From an uncultured Gammaproteobacteria bacterium (GTDB lineage Bacteria > Patescibacteriota > Microgenomatia > Levybacterales > GWA1-39-11), in NCBI GenBank assembly GCA_964651815.1, contig CAZYWG010000004.1, positions 36,977 to 100,976 of the forward strand: a stretch of DNA of 64,000 bases, in the 5' to 3' direction. Shown piece by piece: positions 11,027 through 19,266 of the stretch. Both the position numbers and the translations under genes were made by a program. Below the pieces are notes generated by a model. That model had not been told where the DNA came from and did not search any database. It was given only the letters and a program-made list of their open reading frames with translations. How positions within the stretch are numbered: the first letter of the stretch is position 1; each line of letters starts with the position of its first letter.

Positions 11027-11200
11027 GCTTGTCTCCTTTCTGAGACTGCACGGTGCTTACCGATAAATCCGTCCCCACAAGGGAAGGAGCCAGTCTTTGC
11101 CTGGTTTGGCAAAGTAGGCGTCCAATCCCTGTGAGGCGTGAGCTCACATTACGTCAGACGTAATCCAGTGAGTGAACTCACAAGTAACCCCCGGACGGAG

Positions 11201-12880
11201 CTAGCCACGCTGCGCAGTCGCCTCGCAGGTCTTGTTCCCAGAGCCTGAAACGGTCTTGTTAGTCGCACCGTCCCAGTTGTTGAAAACATACCCTGCGGGG
11301 ATGTCGAAATACGCACACGTTCCACCGCCATGGATCTTGACCTTGCCGTCGTCGAGCTGATCGTAACCGGTCACAGTGTTGCAACCAGTCTTGCACCAAC
11401 CCTTAACGACCTCGGGCGTAAGTCCAGAAGCGGCAGGAGCTGCGGTCTGCTGAGCGGGCGGAGCGGAACCCTGGGCCGGAGCCTGGGGCTGAGCCGTCTG
11501 CTGAGCGGGAACCGACTGCTGAGTACCGGTCATGGCTGATACCGGGCTGATAGGCATCGGAGCTGAAGCGGGAGCCGCAACACCGGAAGCCGAAGCCAAG
11601 TGACAGTCGTGGGCAGACGTGATGACCGGAGGGACAGTCCCAACAGCCACGTAGTCGCCACACCGGTACTCGTCGTCCATGCGTGCCCACTTGCCCGCCA
11701 ACCCAGGAACAAAGTCCACGGGGGCGTCGTAGAGCGTGGCTTCCGCGACACGGAATCCAGCGTTCACGTTGGCAGGACCCCAGATGCGGACTGATGACTT
11801 GCGGTTGTTGAGAGCCGCGTTGTCAAGCCACACGTCCAGGACCTTGCCGGCTGGCACGTTCATCTCGTAGCCTGGCAAAAACACGTCGTTCTGACGCATC
11901 CCAACCATCTTGTACGAGTCGTGCACGAAATCACCGTTGGCGCGCTGCAAAGGCCACCACTGCTCAGCAGGGCCTCCGATAACGTTGCCGTTGACGGTGA
12001 AGGGCGTGAACCCGGCCTGAGTCGCCTGCGCCTTGATGCAGGGGATATTGGGCGAGTTCGTCGCGCAGCTGTTGCTGTTGGCCTGCTGGTTTGCGGGCGT
12101 GGGCGAAAGCTGCGGTGCCGTCTGCGTGGGTACTACCGTGGCAGGGACCTGCGTCGCCTGAGGGGCGGGCGGGTTGCCGGCGGGTACCGTAGGCAGAGTG
12201 GCGGGCGTCGACGAGGGTGCGGGCGTGCTAGCCGGCTTGACAGGCGTAGGCGTAGGAGCCGTAACCTGACCGGGCTTAGCTTCGTCGAGAGCCGAAACGA
12301 TGTCGCGAGCCTTGACGTCAGCGTCGAGGTTCTTGATAGTCGTCACAGCTTCGTCCTGAGACAATCCACGATCGCGGGCACTGGCATAAGCGCCTGAGAT
12401 CTTCTTGGCGTCCGGGACGTCTACGTCGTGGCTCTCCAGAGCGGTCTCGGCCTTGCCGGCGTCCTTGTTGTCGGGCGCGAGGCTATGCAAAGCGCTCGTA
12501 GAGTCGTCCCGCAGATGCGAGCCGCCGCCATTGTTGTCGTTACCACCACCGTTGAAGAACGGGATGATGACAAACCAGGCGAGCACGGCCAGCACGGCGA
12601 GTCCAGCAACAGGCATCCAGTTGCGACGGAAAAAGTCCACCAGGCCGTTGCCACGAGGCGGAGCCTCCCAATCAATCTCTTCAGCGAGACCAACGGGTAC
12701 GTTCGCGTTGAGAGCGAACTGGTTCAGGTAGTTACGCAGAATCTGGCGAGCCTGAGCCGCGGTGGCGTCATCAGGTACATTCAGACCAGCGTTCGTCAGA
12801 AGGTTGATGGCTGCAATGATCCGCAGGAGGACATCCAACGGAGCCTGATCCACCAACCGGTTAAGATCGCGATAACGCAT
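11201..12880 (-). CDS. membrane-anchored Pro/Ala/Gln-rich surface protein
   Basis: 559 aa, single TM at about aa 88-108, PAT/PAQ linkers, Cys-containing domains; GC-rich codons. Confidence 0.8.
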   Translation of the reverse strand: MRYRDLNRLVDQAPLDVLLRIIAAINLLTNAGLNVPDDATAAQARQILRNYLNQFALNANVPVGLAEEIDWEAPPRGNGLVDFFRRNWMPVAGLAVLAVLAWFVIIPFFNGGGNDNNGGGSHLRDDSTSALHSLAPDNKDAGKAETALESHDVDVPDAKKISGAYASARDRGLSQDEAVTTIKNLDADVKARDIVSALDEAKPGQVTAPTPTPVKPASTPAPSSTPATLPTVPAGNPPAPQATQVPATVVPTQTAPQLSPTPANQQANSNSCATNSPNIPCIKAQATQAGFTPFTVNGNVIGGPAEQWWPLQRANGDFVHDSYKMVGMRQNDVFLPGYEMNVPAGKVLDVWLDNAALNNRKSSVRIWGPANVNAGFRVAEATLYDAPVDFVPGLAGKWARMDDEYRCGDYVAVGTVPPVITSAHDCHLASASGVAAPASAPMPISPVSAMTGTQQSVPAQQTAQPQAPAQGSAPPAQQTAAPAASGLTPEVVKGWCKTGCNTVTGYDQLDDGKVKIHGGGTCAYFDIPAGYVFNNWDGATNKTVSGSGNKTCEATAQRG

Positions 12881-13087
12881 TGTAGCGTCCCTTCTCTACG
12901 AGCTTTCAGCTCATAGGTGTGCGGGAGGGGTTCTTCCTCTGACATTCGTCAAAGATTCCTCCTATTAACCTCATTCCGATGTTATCGGGACGGGCTCGCT
13001 GCCGATTCTACCGTTCAAGACGGAGTACTTATACGGCACGCTATTTAGCATCTAACGGTTTTGTTCATCGCATCTCCTTGATACGTG

Positions 13088-13213
13088 CTAGCCGTTGCGC
13101 TTGCTACCTTCCCGCGTGTGCTTACTCTGGTGCTTCTTGCTCAGCCACTTGCTGCGCTTATGCGTTCTCAGAGCATTGTCCACGTGGGCGGTCCGAGGCT
13201 TTTTGTTGGCCAT
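13088..13213 (-). CDS. small basic protein (41 aa)
   Basis: MANKKPRTAHVDNALRTHKRSKWLSKKHQSKHTREGSKRNG; start overlaps the upstream stop (TGATG). Confidence 0.5.
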   Translation of the reverse strand: MANKKPRTAHVDNALRTHKRSKWLSKKHQSKHTREGSKRNG

Positions 13214-13533
13214 CAGAATCCTCCCAGGGAGTTGACTTCTACACGAACAGTGCGTTTCCGCGTGTGAATCGTGCGACCCACGAACGTGCGTCTCGAGCGT
13301 GAAGCTCCCAGAAATGCCAACTCGTCATCGTCGTCTTCGTCCTCGAAGAACAACATGTCGGGCGGGCTGCTTGCCTCAGGTTCGGCGGTGTCTTCAGAAG
13401 CTTGAGCCTCGTCATCGAGAACTCCTCCGATGCCGTTCTTGCGAAGGGCTTCGAGTGCTTCTGCTAACCTTGCCTGTTCTGCGGCGTTTCGTTTCTGGCG
13501 AACGTTCTGGTCGCGGGCGCTGCGCTTGGCCAT
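13213..13533 (-). CDS. hypothetical protein (basic-acidic-basic)
   Basis: MAKRSARDQ...; ATG lies 1 nt after the upstream TAA; acidic EDEDDDDE core. Confidence 0.65.
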   Translation of the reverse strand: MAKRSARDQNVRQKRNAAEQARLAEALEALRKNGIGGVLDDEAQASEDTAEPEASSPPDMLFFEDEDDDDELAFLGASRSRRTFVGRTIHTRKRTVRVEVNSLGGF

Positions 13534-13534
13534 C

Positions 13535-13690
13535 TTATGATTTCCCTTTGCGTTGTCGTCCACCGTGGGTGGGCATTACGCGTGGGGGCGGCGCAGACGT
13601 TCGGCGAGGCGGAGGCTTATCACTCGCTGACTGGTTTGCACCGGTCAGTTGATTAGCTTGTCGCCTGCCTTTTTTCGGTTCCTTAGACAC
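13535..13690 (-). CDS. small basic Pro/Arg-rich protein (51 aa)
   Basis: AGGAGG SD then GTG; MSKEPKKGRRQANQLTGANQSASDKPPPRRTSAPPPRVMPTHGGRQRKGKS. Confidence 0.5.
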   Translation of the reverse strand: MSKEPKKGRRQANQLTGANQSASDKPPPRRTSAPPPRVMPTHGGRQRKGKS

Positions 13691-13752
13691 TCTCTATCCT
13701 CCTGCGGGGCTGAAAGACTTCCAGTAGTCAATCGATGCTCCCTCGGGGGACT

Positions 13753-14298
13753 TCAGGCAAGAAGCTTGCGGAGATCCGCTAGCGTTCTGAACTGAAGCAC
13801 ACGTGTCACGGGGACAGTCATACCGAGCGCGGTAGCCGCCTCTTCGTAATCTTTGTCCTCGTAGAACCGCAACCTGACCAGCTTTCGCTTGTCACTAGGA
13901 AGCTTACCAACAGCGTCGCGAACGAGTTGCTCGTCCTCTAGCTGAAGAATAACAGCTTCAGGGTTGTGGTTCTGTTTCTCCTCCATGATGTCATCATCAA
14001 GCCGGTCGTTATCCCGCTTGCGCATGTGACTGATTGTCACGTTGTGCGCTATACGAAGTAACCAGCCTGCGAAAGCGTGACGATCCCTGCAACAGCCGAC
14101 TGCCTGCCAAGCCTTGAGAAAGGTCTCGGAGGTAAGGTCGTCTGCAACGTGGTTGTCACATACCATGAAGTAGATGTGTCGGTAGACACGCGTAGAGTAA
14201 CGACCGTAGAGTTCTCCGAACGCATCTGCGTCGCCTGCCGTAGCACGCAACACAAGATTTTGTTCTTCGTTCTCTCCGGTAAGAGCCAGAGTGGTCAT
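13753..14298 (-). CDS. ECF RNA polymerase sigma factor
   Basis: GDADAFGELY, DDLTSETFLKAW, FAGWLLRIAHN (region 2); LP...R.LV.LRFYED..YEE.A..LG (region 4). Confidence 0.93.
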   Translation of the reverse strand: MTTLALTGENEEQNLVLRATAGDADAFGELYGRYSTRVYRHIYFMVCDNHVADDLTSETFLKAWQAVGCCRDRHAFAGWLLRIAHNVTISHMRKRDNDRLDDDIMEEKQNHNPEAVILQLEDEQLVRDAVGKLPSDKRKLVRLRFYEDKDYEEAATALGMTVPVTRVLQFRTLADLRKLLA

Positions 14299-14645
14299 GC
14301 CACCGCCTCGCTTTCGCGAGAGTGTACCTGACTACTGGCTCGTAAGAATTCGGGCACTTCGTCCAGACTGCTTTTCGGCAGAGGCGTCTTGAAGACGTTG
14401 CCATTGGCGGTCGGGATGAGGAGAGAGTCGCGGGACTGTTCAAGCGGGCAGAGTGCCAACTGTAAGACAGCGTCCGTGAAGCTCCTCAAGTGCTCCGAGT
14501 CAGACCTGATGTCTGCCACACGATACTCGAACTTAATCGGGTATGTATCAAGTAAACTCAGGATGAGCTTCTTGACCCCGTGGGCAATCAGTTCAGGCGG
14601 CAACTCGCAAGCGAGAGCCTTGGGGGCGGGGTTGTTGCGGGGCAT
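14295..14645 (-). CDS. hypothetical protein
   Basis: 116-aa ORF with ATGA overlap to the sigma gene. Confidence 0.6.
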   Translation of the reverse strand: MPRNNPAPKALACELPPELIAHGVKKLILSLLDTYPIKFEYRVADIRSDSEHLRSFTDAVLQLALCPLEQSRDSLLIPTANGNVFKTPLPKSSLDEVPEFLRASSQVHSRESEAVA

Positions 14646-15166
14646 GGAACCTATCCTTTTGGATTTCAGAATCGAGCTTGCCGTTTATACACCGTCCCTT
14701 ATTTTTCTATACCTTCCTCTCTTTCTTTGCTAATCAATGGCCGAATAAAACGCACCTTTTTCAAGTGTCAAACACCACGCACCATGCGCAGTTTCATGAC
14801 ATGGTACGCTGGGTTTAACACCTTATTTCATCTCGCTTATCGCGGGATTAAAGATGCGCTATATTCGGCCACCGAAGTCTTATATATGTATATATAAGGA
14901 AAGGGAGGATTAATAAATTCATTTGTACTCCAAATGAGTACTATTATCGGTTAGTTCCAATTTTAAATTGGAACTCTTTTACACTAATGAAATTTTTCAT
15001 CAGTGTTTCGAAATGTGTTTGAATAACACATTTCTCAACCTATTAGAATATATCTACTTTTCATCACAATGATACGACTCCTCGTTTTTAACTCGGAGTG
15101 ACAAAATATGTTTAAATAACACATTTTGTCAAGCGTGATTACGCAAATAGATATTCTGTGTACCTT

Positions 15167-15179
15167 TTGTTAAAGAACA
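15167..15179 (-). promoter_or_regulatory. boxA-like antitermination motif
   Basis: TGTTCTTTAACAA, one mismatch from E. coli rrn boxA TGCTCTTTAACA. Confidence 0.35.
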
Positions 15180-15443
15180 ACTAATAACTTGTAACTTAAA
15201 ACTTAAACTAGCTATGCTTTTAAGCCAGATAAGTCCAGTTACTCACTACTAGAATATACCGTCCTAAAAAAGGCACTTCTGTCGTTCCAATAGAACAACA
15301 GTCTGTGACCTTGTAAGGTCGGAGTAAGTGGTTTCAAGCGAAGTTTATTTTGAAGGTTTGTTTTTTGGGTCTTCTGCGGGCGCTGAACTGAAAGTGAAGT
15401 TGAAACTGCTTGAAACTGCTCCCTCCTGCCTTAAGGTAGGGTT

Positions 15444-16142
15444 TTAATTAATTTTCTTTTTAAGAAAGAATCCGAGTGCTCCGGACGAAATTAGTCCGAA
15501 TAATATGTCTGTTTCAGGCCCAGTAGATGGTACTTGATTAACAGTTGGTTTTTGAAAGATTTGTGGTGTGTTAGGCGTTGTTACACCAAGAATATTTTTT
15601 TCAATACAAACCTGAGAATTATCAGTTGCTTGCTGACCATCGGTTGAAGTTGCAGTTACATTGTTTATGACACAAGTGACAGCTTGGTTGTTTGGTAATT
15701 GTGCGCCGTCTGCTGTTTTTGCAGTTATAATGAATTCTGCTTTTTGACCTTTTGGAAGTGAGTTAACTACAAAGTTTATTTGAGATGCACCTGCATTGGA
15801 ATTTCCAACACCAGATACAAAGGTTAAGAATTGTGGGAAGGTATCAACAACATTAAGGTTTGAAATGTCAGTATCTCCTGTGTTTTCTACAACTATTTTA
15901 AAGTTTACGTTTTGGTTTGGAGCAAAGCGAGGATCATTAACAGTAAGGTTGTCAACAAAATCTCCGCCGCCTTTTCCAGGCTTTTGGACTAATTTGTTGA
16001 TTGTGAATTTAATTTGTGATTGACAGACTTGTCCACCACCATAAACTATTTGACAGTTAGACTGTCCACCAGAAGCGAGTGCGTTTCCTGCAACAGAAAA
16101 CAAAAGAGTTGCGGCAAAGACAAAAGTTAAAAGTTTTTTCAT
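15444..16142 (-). CDS. DUF11 (OmcB-repeat) surface protein with LPXTG-like C-terminal anchor
   Basis: Signal peptide; FKIVVENTGDTDISNLNVVDTFP..LTFVSG; VPSTGP + hydrophobic stretch + KKK tail. Confidence 0.85.
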   Translation of the reverse strand: MKKLLTFVFAATLLFSVAGNALASGGQSNCQIVYGGGQVCQSQIKFTINKLVQKPGKGGGDFVDNLTVNDPRFAPNQNVNFKIVVENTGDTDISNLNVVDTFPQFLTFVSGVGNSNAGASQINFVVNSLPKGQKAEFIITAKTADGAQLPNNQAVTCVINNVTATSTDGQQATDNSQVCIEKNILGVTTPNTPQIFQKPTVNQVPSTGPETDILFGLISSGALGFFLKKKIN

Positions 16143-16689
16143 AAATTCAAACGATTTGTGAATTGTAGCATAACAAAAAGCATTTGTCAAGTGCTATAGG
16201 ACGTGATGTGTAGTTAATAGTTTATAGTGAATAGCTAATAGGTGAAAATTAATAAGATGGGGCCTTGATATATATAATAGGTAGAGTGGGTTGGTAATAA
16301 AGAGCAACTGTATTATAGGACTCTTTGTAAGAGTTGGGTAAAAAGAGACGGGTAGCGGGACTTAGCAGAAAGCTGTCTACGAGTTATATAAACCTCGGGC
16401 CTGTCCTCCTCCGGTCAATAAATTCATCCGCCTTAGTAAAAACTTCGGCGAGATAGATCGTAAACAGCTTCCTGCTCACTACGCTTCTACGTGGTAAAAA
16501 TGTAAAACGGGGGGCCCTGAAGGGATATACTGGTGTGAACCAGGGCAGAGAAGCAGTGCTATCTCAACCATCCCCCCAGGGCCTTGTCCCCATGACAAAG
16601 TCAATGAATTACGTTCATCACGCGTGTGGGTTGTACCTCATCGGTACTTTATGAAGGATCCCACAAGAACCCCGATTTAAGGTTTTCTC

Positions 16690-17694
16690 CTATCCGTTTT
16701 TGAGGCAGGGTATGCCCCACAGGCTTTCGCCGGCTGCAATCCACGTTGCCTTGCTAGGGTTGTCAGTCCTGCCTACGGTTCCACAAGTCCATTCGCCATG
16801 ATAGGCGTTTAGCCACGTGTCAAAGTAGACAGTTGCCTCAGCGAAGTTCATCTTGAAGGCCGGGCCGACCACAGTGATGCTAGGAGCATGCGTGACAGTA
16901 TCAGCAGGAAGGTTGAGAAACTCGTTGCTTTTAGAGCTGAGTTTGCATCCCTGCGTCAAGAAACCAAACTGGTCTCGAGCCTGCTTCCACGAGTCCGACG
17001 GGCCCCCTATCACAGCTGACATGGTCTGACAGAAATAGTCGCCATTGGCATACTTGTGTCCGTTGGCATCTACGGTTCCGTCAGAGTTGAATATGGGGTG
17101 TAGGACCTGACCACTGCCTCCCTTGATGGGGGGTAGAGGCTGGGAGTCCTTTTGTGTTTTCCCAACAGTGCCCGCAGGTGTACCAGCAGGAAGCCTGTTG
17201 AGATAGAACATGCCCCATTCAACATCAGGTAACGACAGAGTGTTGCCGCTCTCGACCTCTCCGGTGACGCGCTTGCCATGCGTGTCGACGGTGTACGACA
17301 GGACATAGATGCGTCCGTCGTTGTTGTAGCTGAAGTTCGCGGGAATTTCTAGTGTCACAGTCTCGCCGTAGTCCATTGTAGCCTGGTTGGCCGCGTCATG
17401 GAAACGAGAATCAGTGTTGCACGTTGCACACCAGCTTTTGACCGTGAGGCCAAAGAGGCTGGGGGCGCACTCCTGCTTACCGCACATAGGAAACGTGGCC
17501 GAAGCCGCGCTAGCGGAAGTGGGAGTGTTTGCCGGGCTGTTGGCAGTGACTTTCGTGTTGGTTGGCTTTGTGTTGTTGATGGGCGCACTCGTCTCGTTGT
17601 CGGTTGTCGTTGACTTGGACGTGTGCGAACCGCCGCAGGCCACTGCGAGAAGCAGCAGAGCCCCGAGAGCCAGAGAACCAATTCGAGTTGTCAT
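16690..17694 (-). CDS. putative lipoprotein, paralog of 11201..12880
   Basis: Lipobox-like LAVAC; T/S-rich linker; AGGAGG SD; shared motifs with the 559-aa protein. Confidence 0.8.
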   Translation of the reverse strand: MTTRIGSLALGALLLLAVACGGSHTSKSTTTDNETSAPINNTKPTNTKVTANSPANTPTSASAASATFPMCGKQECAPSLFGLTVKSWCATCNTDSRFHDAANQATMDYGETVTLEIPANFSYNNDGRIYVLSYTVDTHGKRVTGEVESGNTLSLPDVEWGMFYLNRLPAGTPAGTVGKTQKDSQPLPPIKGGSGQVLHPIFNSDGTVDANGHKYANGDYFCQTMSAVIGGPSDSWKQARDQFGFLTQGCKLSSKSNEFLNLPADTVTHAPSITVVGPAFKMNFAEATVYFDTWLNAYHGEWTCGTVGRTDNPSKATWIAAGESLWGIPCLKNG

Positions 17695-17710
17695 TTCGTG
17701 TCCTCCTAGA

Positions 17711-17965
17711 CTAACGTGAATTCGTGCTTGCCGATTTGTAAATCACCTCGTAGTGAGGTGTGTGGGTAGGCTCCTTGTGTGGGAGTATGTTCTCCAGGTT
17801 GATGAACCCGATGACCATTACCACTGTGAGCATCCCAGCTACTGTCCATACGCCTGCGCGCAGAACTTTGTCTTCATTAGCCGTTTTCTGGCGCTGGTGC
17901 TCGATCATCATGACCAAGACACAAACCAGAGCCAAGCCGATCCAAACCGCGGGGTGTTCGAACAT
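17711..17965 (-). CDS. small two-TM membrane protein
   Basis: Two hydrophobic helices; AAGGAG SD. Confidence 0.7.
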   Translation of the reverse strand: MFEHPAVWIGLALVCVLVMMIEHQRQKTANEDKVLRAGVWTVAGMLTVVMVIGFINLENILPHKEPTHTPHYEVIYKSASTNSR

Positions 17966-18170
17966 TTGTGCGTGTCTCCTTTAAGACTACGAATGTGTCT
18001 GTCTCAACGAGTGTTGAGCGTAGACTGTGCCTGCCGATGTGTTTTTAGCGGGGTTTATGTCAGATTTTTGATTCGATCAACTCCTTATGCTATCCGCTAT
18101 AACTTCTCCATACCCAAAGTGGGTACATGGCTAACTTCTCATGAAGCGCAATCTGAATGTTAAATTATAC

Positions 18171-18197
18171 TGGATTCCCGCGTTCGCGGGAATGACA
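18171..18197. repeat. REP/dRS3-like palindrome
   Basis: TGGATTCCCGCGTTCGCGGGAATGACA; related hairpins at 18455-18481 (ends ATGACA) and 18652-18675 (ends ATGA). Confidence 0.75.
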
Positions 18198-18258
18198 GTG
18201 TAACATCCACAGTGCGCCTCACAAAAAATGCCTAAAAAACCTTAAATCTTACTTTCTA

Positions 18259-18271
18259 TTGTCAAAGAGCT
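18259..18271 (-). promoter_or_regulatory. boxA-like motif
   Basis: AGCTCTTTGACAA; its TTGACA has no correctly spaced -10. Confidence 0.35.
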
Positions 18272-18858
18272 TTGTCATGGCTCGCTTACCACAAGCTTCG
18301 TCATACATGCCTATATAGGCACAAGATCTAGCTTGTCTGGGCGAGCAGCAATTACCTCTTGCAGCCATAAATTCAGCTATTGAATTGAGGCTACTTGAAA
18401 TAAAGCTCCGCTGAACAGTTTTGAGTCTAATCAGCGAAAGAGTGCAGAGGATAGAGATTCTGAAATAAATTCAGAATGACAATTAATCCTGCGCACACTC
18501 TTTCGGCGATTAAGTTCTGGTTTAATTTTGCTATATCCTTCAGGCACTTAACGTGCCTTGTAGGATGTTGGCTCTGGCGCACTTGAAAAACAAAGTTTTC
18601 ATCGTACTTTTTGCTTAGCGCGAACTCTCATAGGATCAGACATATCTATTAATCCTTCGCTAACGCTCAGGATGATGGTTTAACACCATCAAAAAACCAG
18701 CCTCTGTCTTGGTGGCCACAAGTCTTGCGAAAAAACGCAAGTCTTGTGAATTCCAAATACGGACAGGTGTATAGGAAAACCAAGCTATTAGCTGGTAATT
18801 AACTTACAGGCTCTTTTTTTAAAGTACGCTCGTGCCTACAATAGGCACAAAGTGAGTA

Positions 18859-18887
18859 AGTATATCAAGAACTATAGGATTTGTCAA
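18859..18887 (-). promoter_or_regulatory. sigma70 promoter firing into the structured non-coding region
   Basis: TTGACA-N17 (with TG)-TATACT. Confidence 0.7.
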
Positions 18888-19111
18888 TATACCTACGCAC
18901 GAAATTTTATTGAGTAATTTCGTGCCTAAAATCTTACCCAAGATTGGGAGCAGCTTTTAGCTATAAGCTGTTAACTTTTAGATCGAACAATCAGGCGATC
19001 TATTACTTAACCCTAAATCATATTACGGGATATTAAATCATAGTCTAAATATATATAAATATGGCTAAATATGTCTTTAGCCTCGATTCCTAAATCGGTG
19101 TTAGAAAACTC

Positions 19112-19140
19112 TTGACAATTGGGGTGGGGCATGTGATAAT
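19112..19140 (+). promoter_or_regulatory. sigma70 promoter of rho
   Basis: TTGACA-N17 (TG)-GATAAT. Confidence 0.75.
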
Positions 19141-19266
19141 AGTCTTGCTTCGAGATCTTCTTCGAAGATGTTCTCCGGATTCAAGTTTTAAGTAAAATTT
19201 TGCCAAAGAGCCGGTCGGAACATTTAAATTTTCATATTTACATTTGATTTTTTATACCTAAATTCT

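Noticed and set aside
11330-14897. Many plus-strand ORFs in the GC-rich island
   Set aside because: Antisense shadows of GC-rich genes, lacking SD sites or protein motifs
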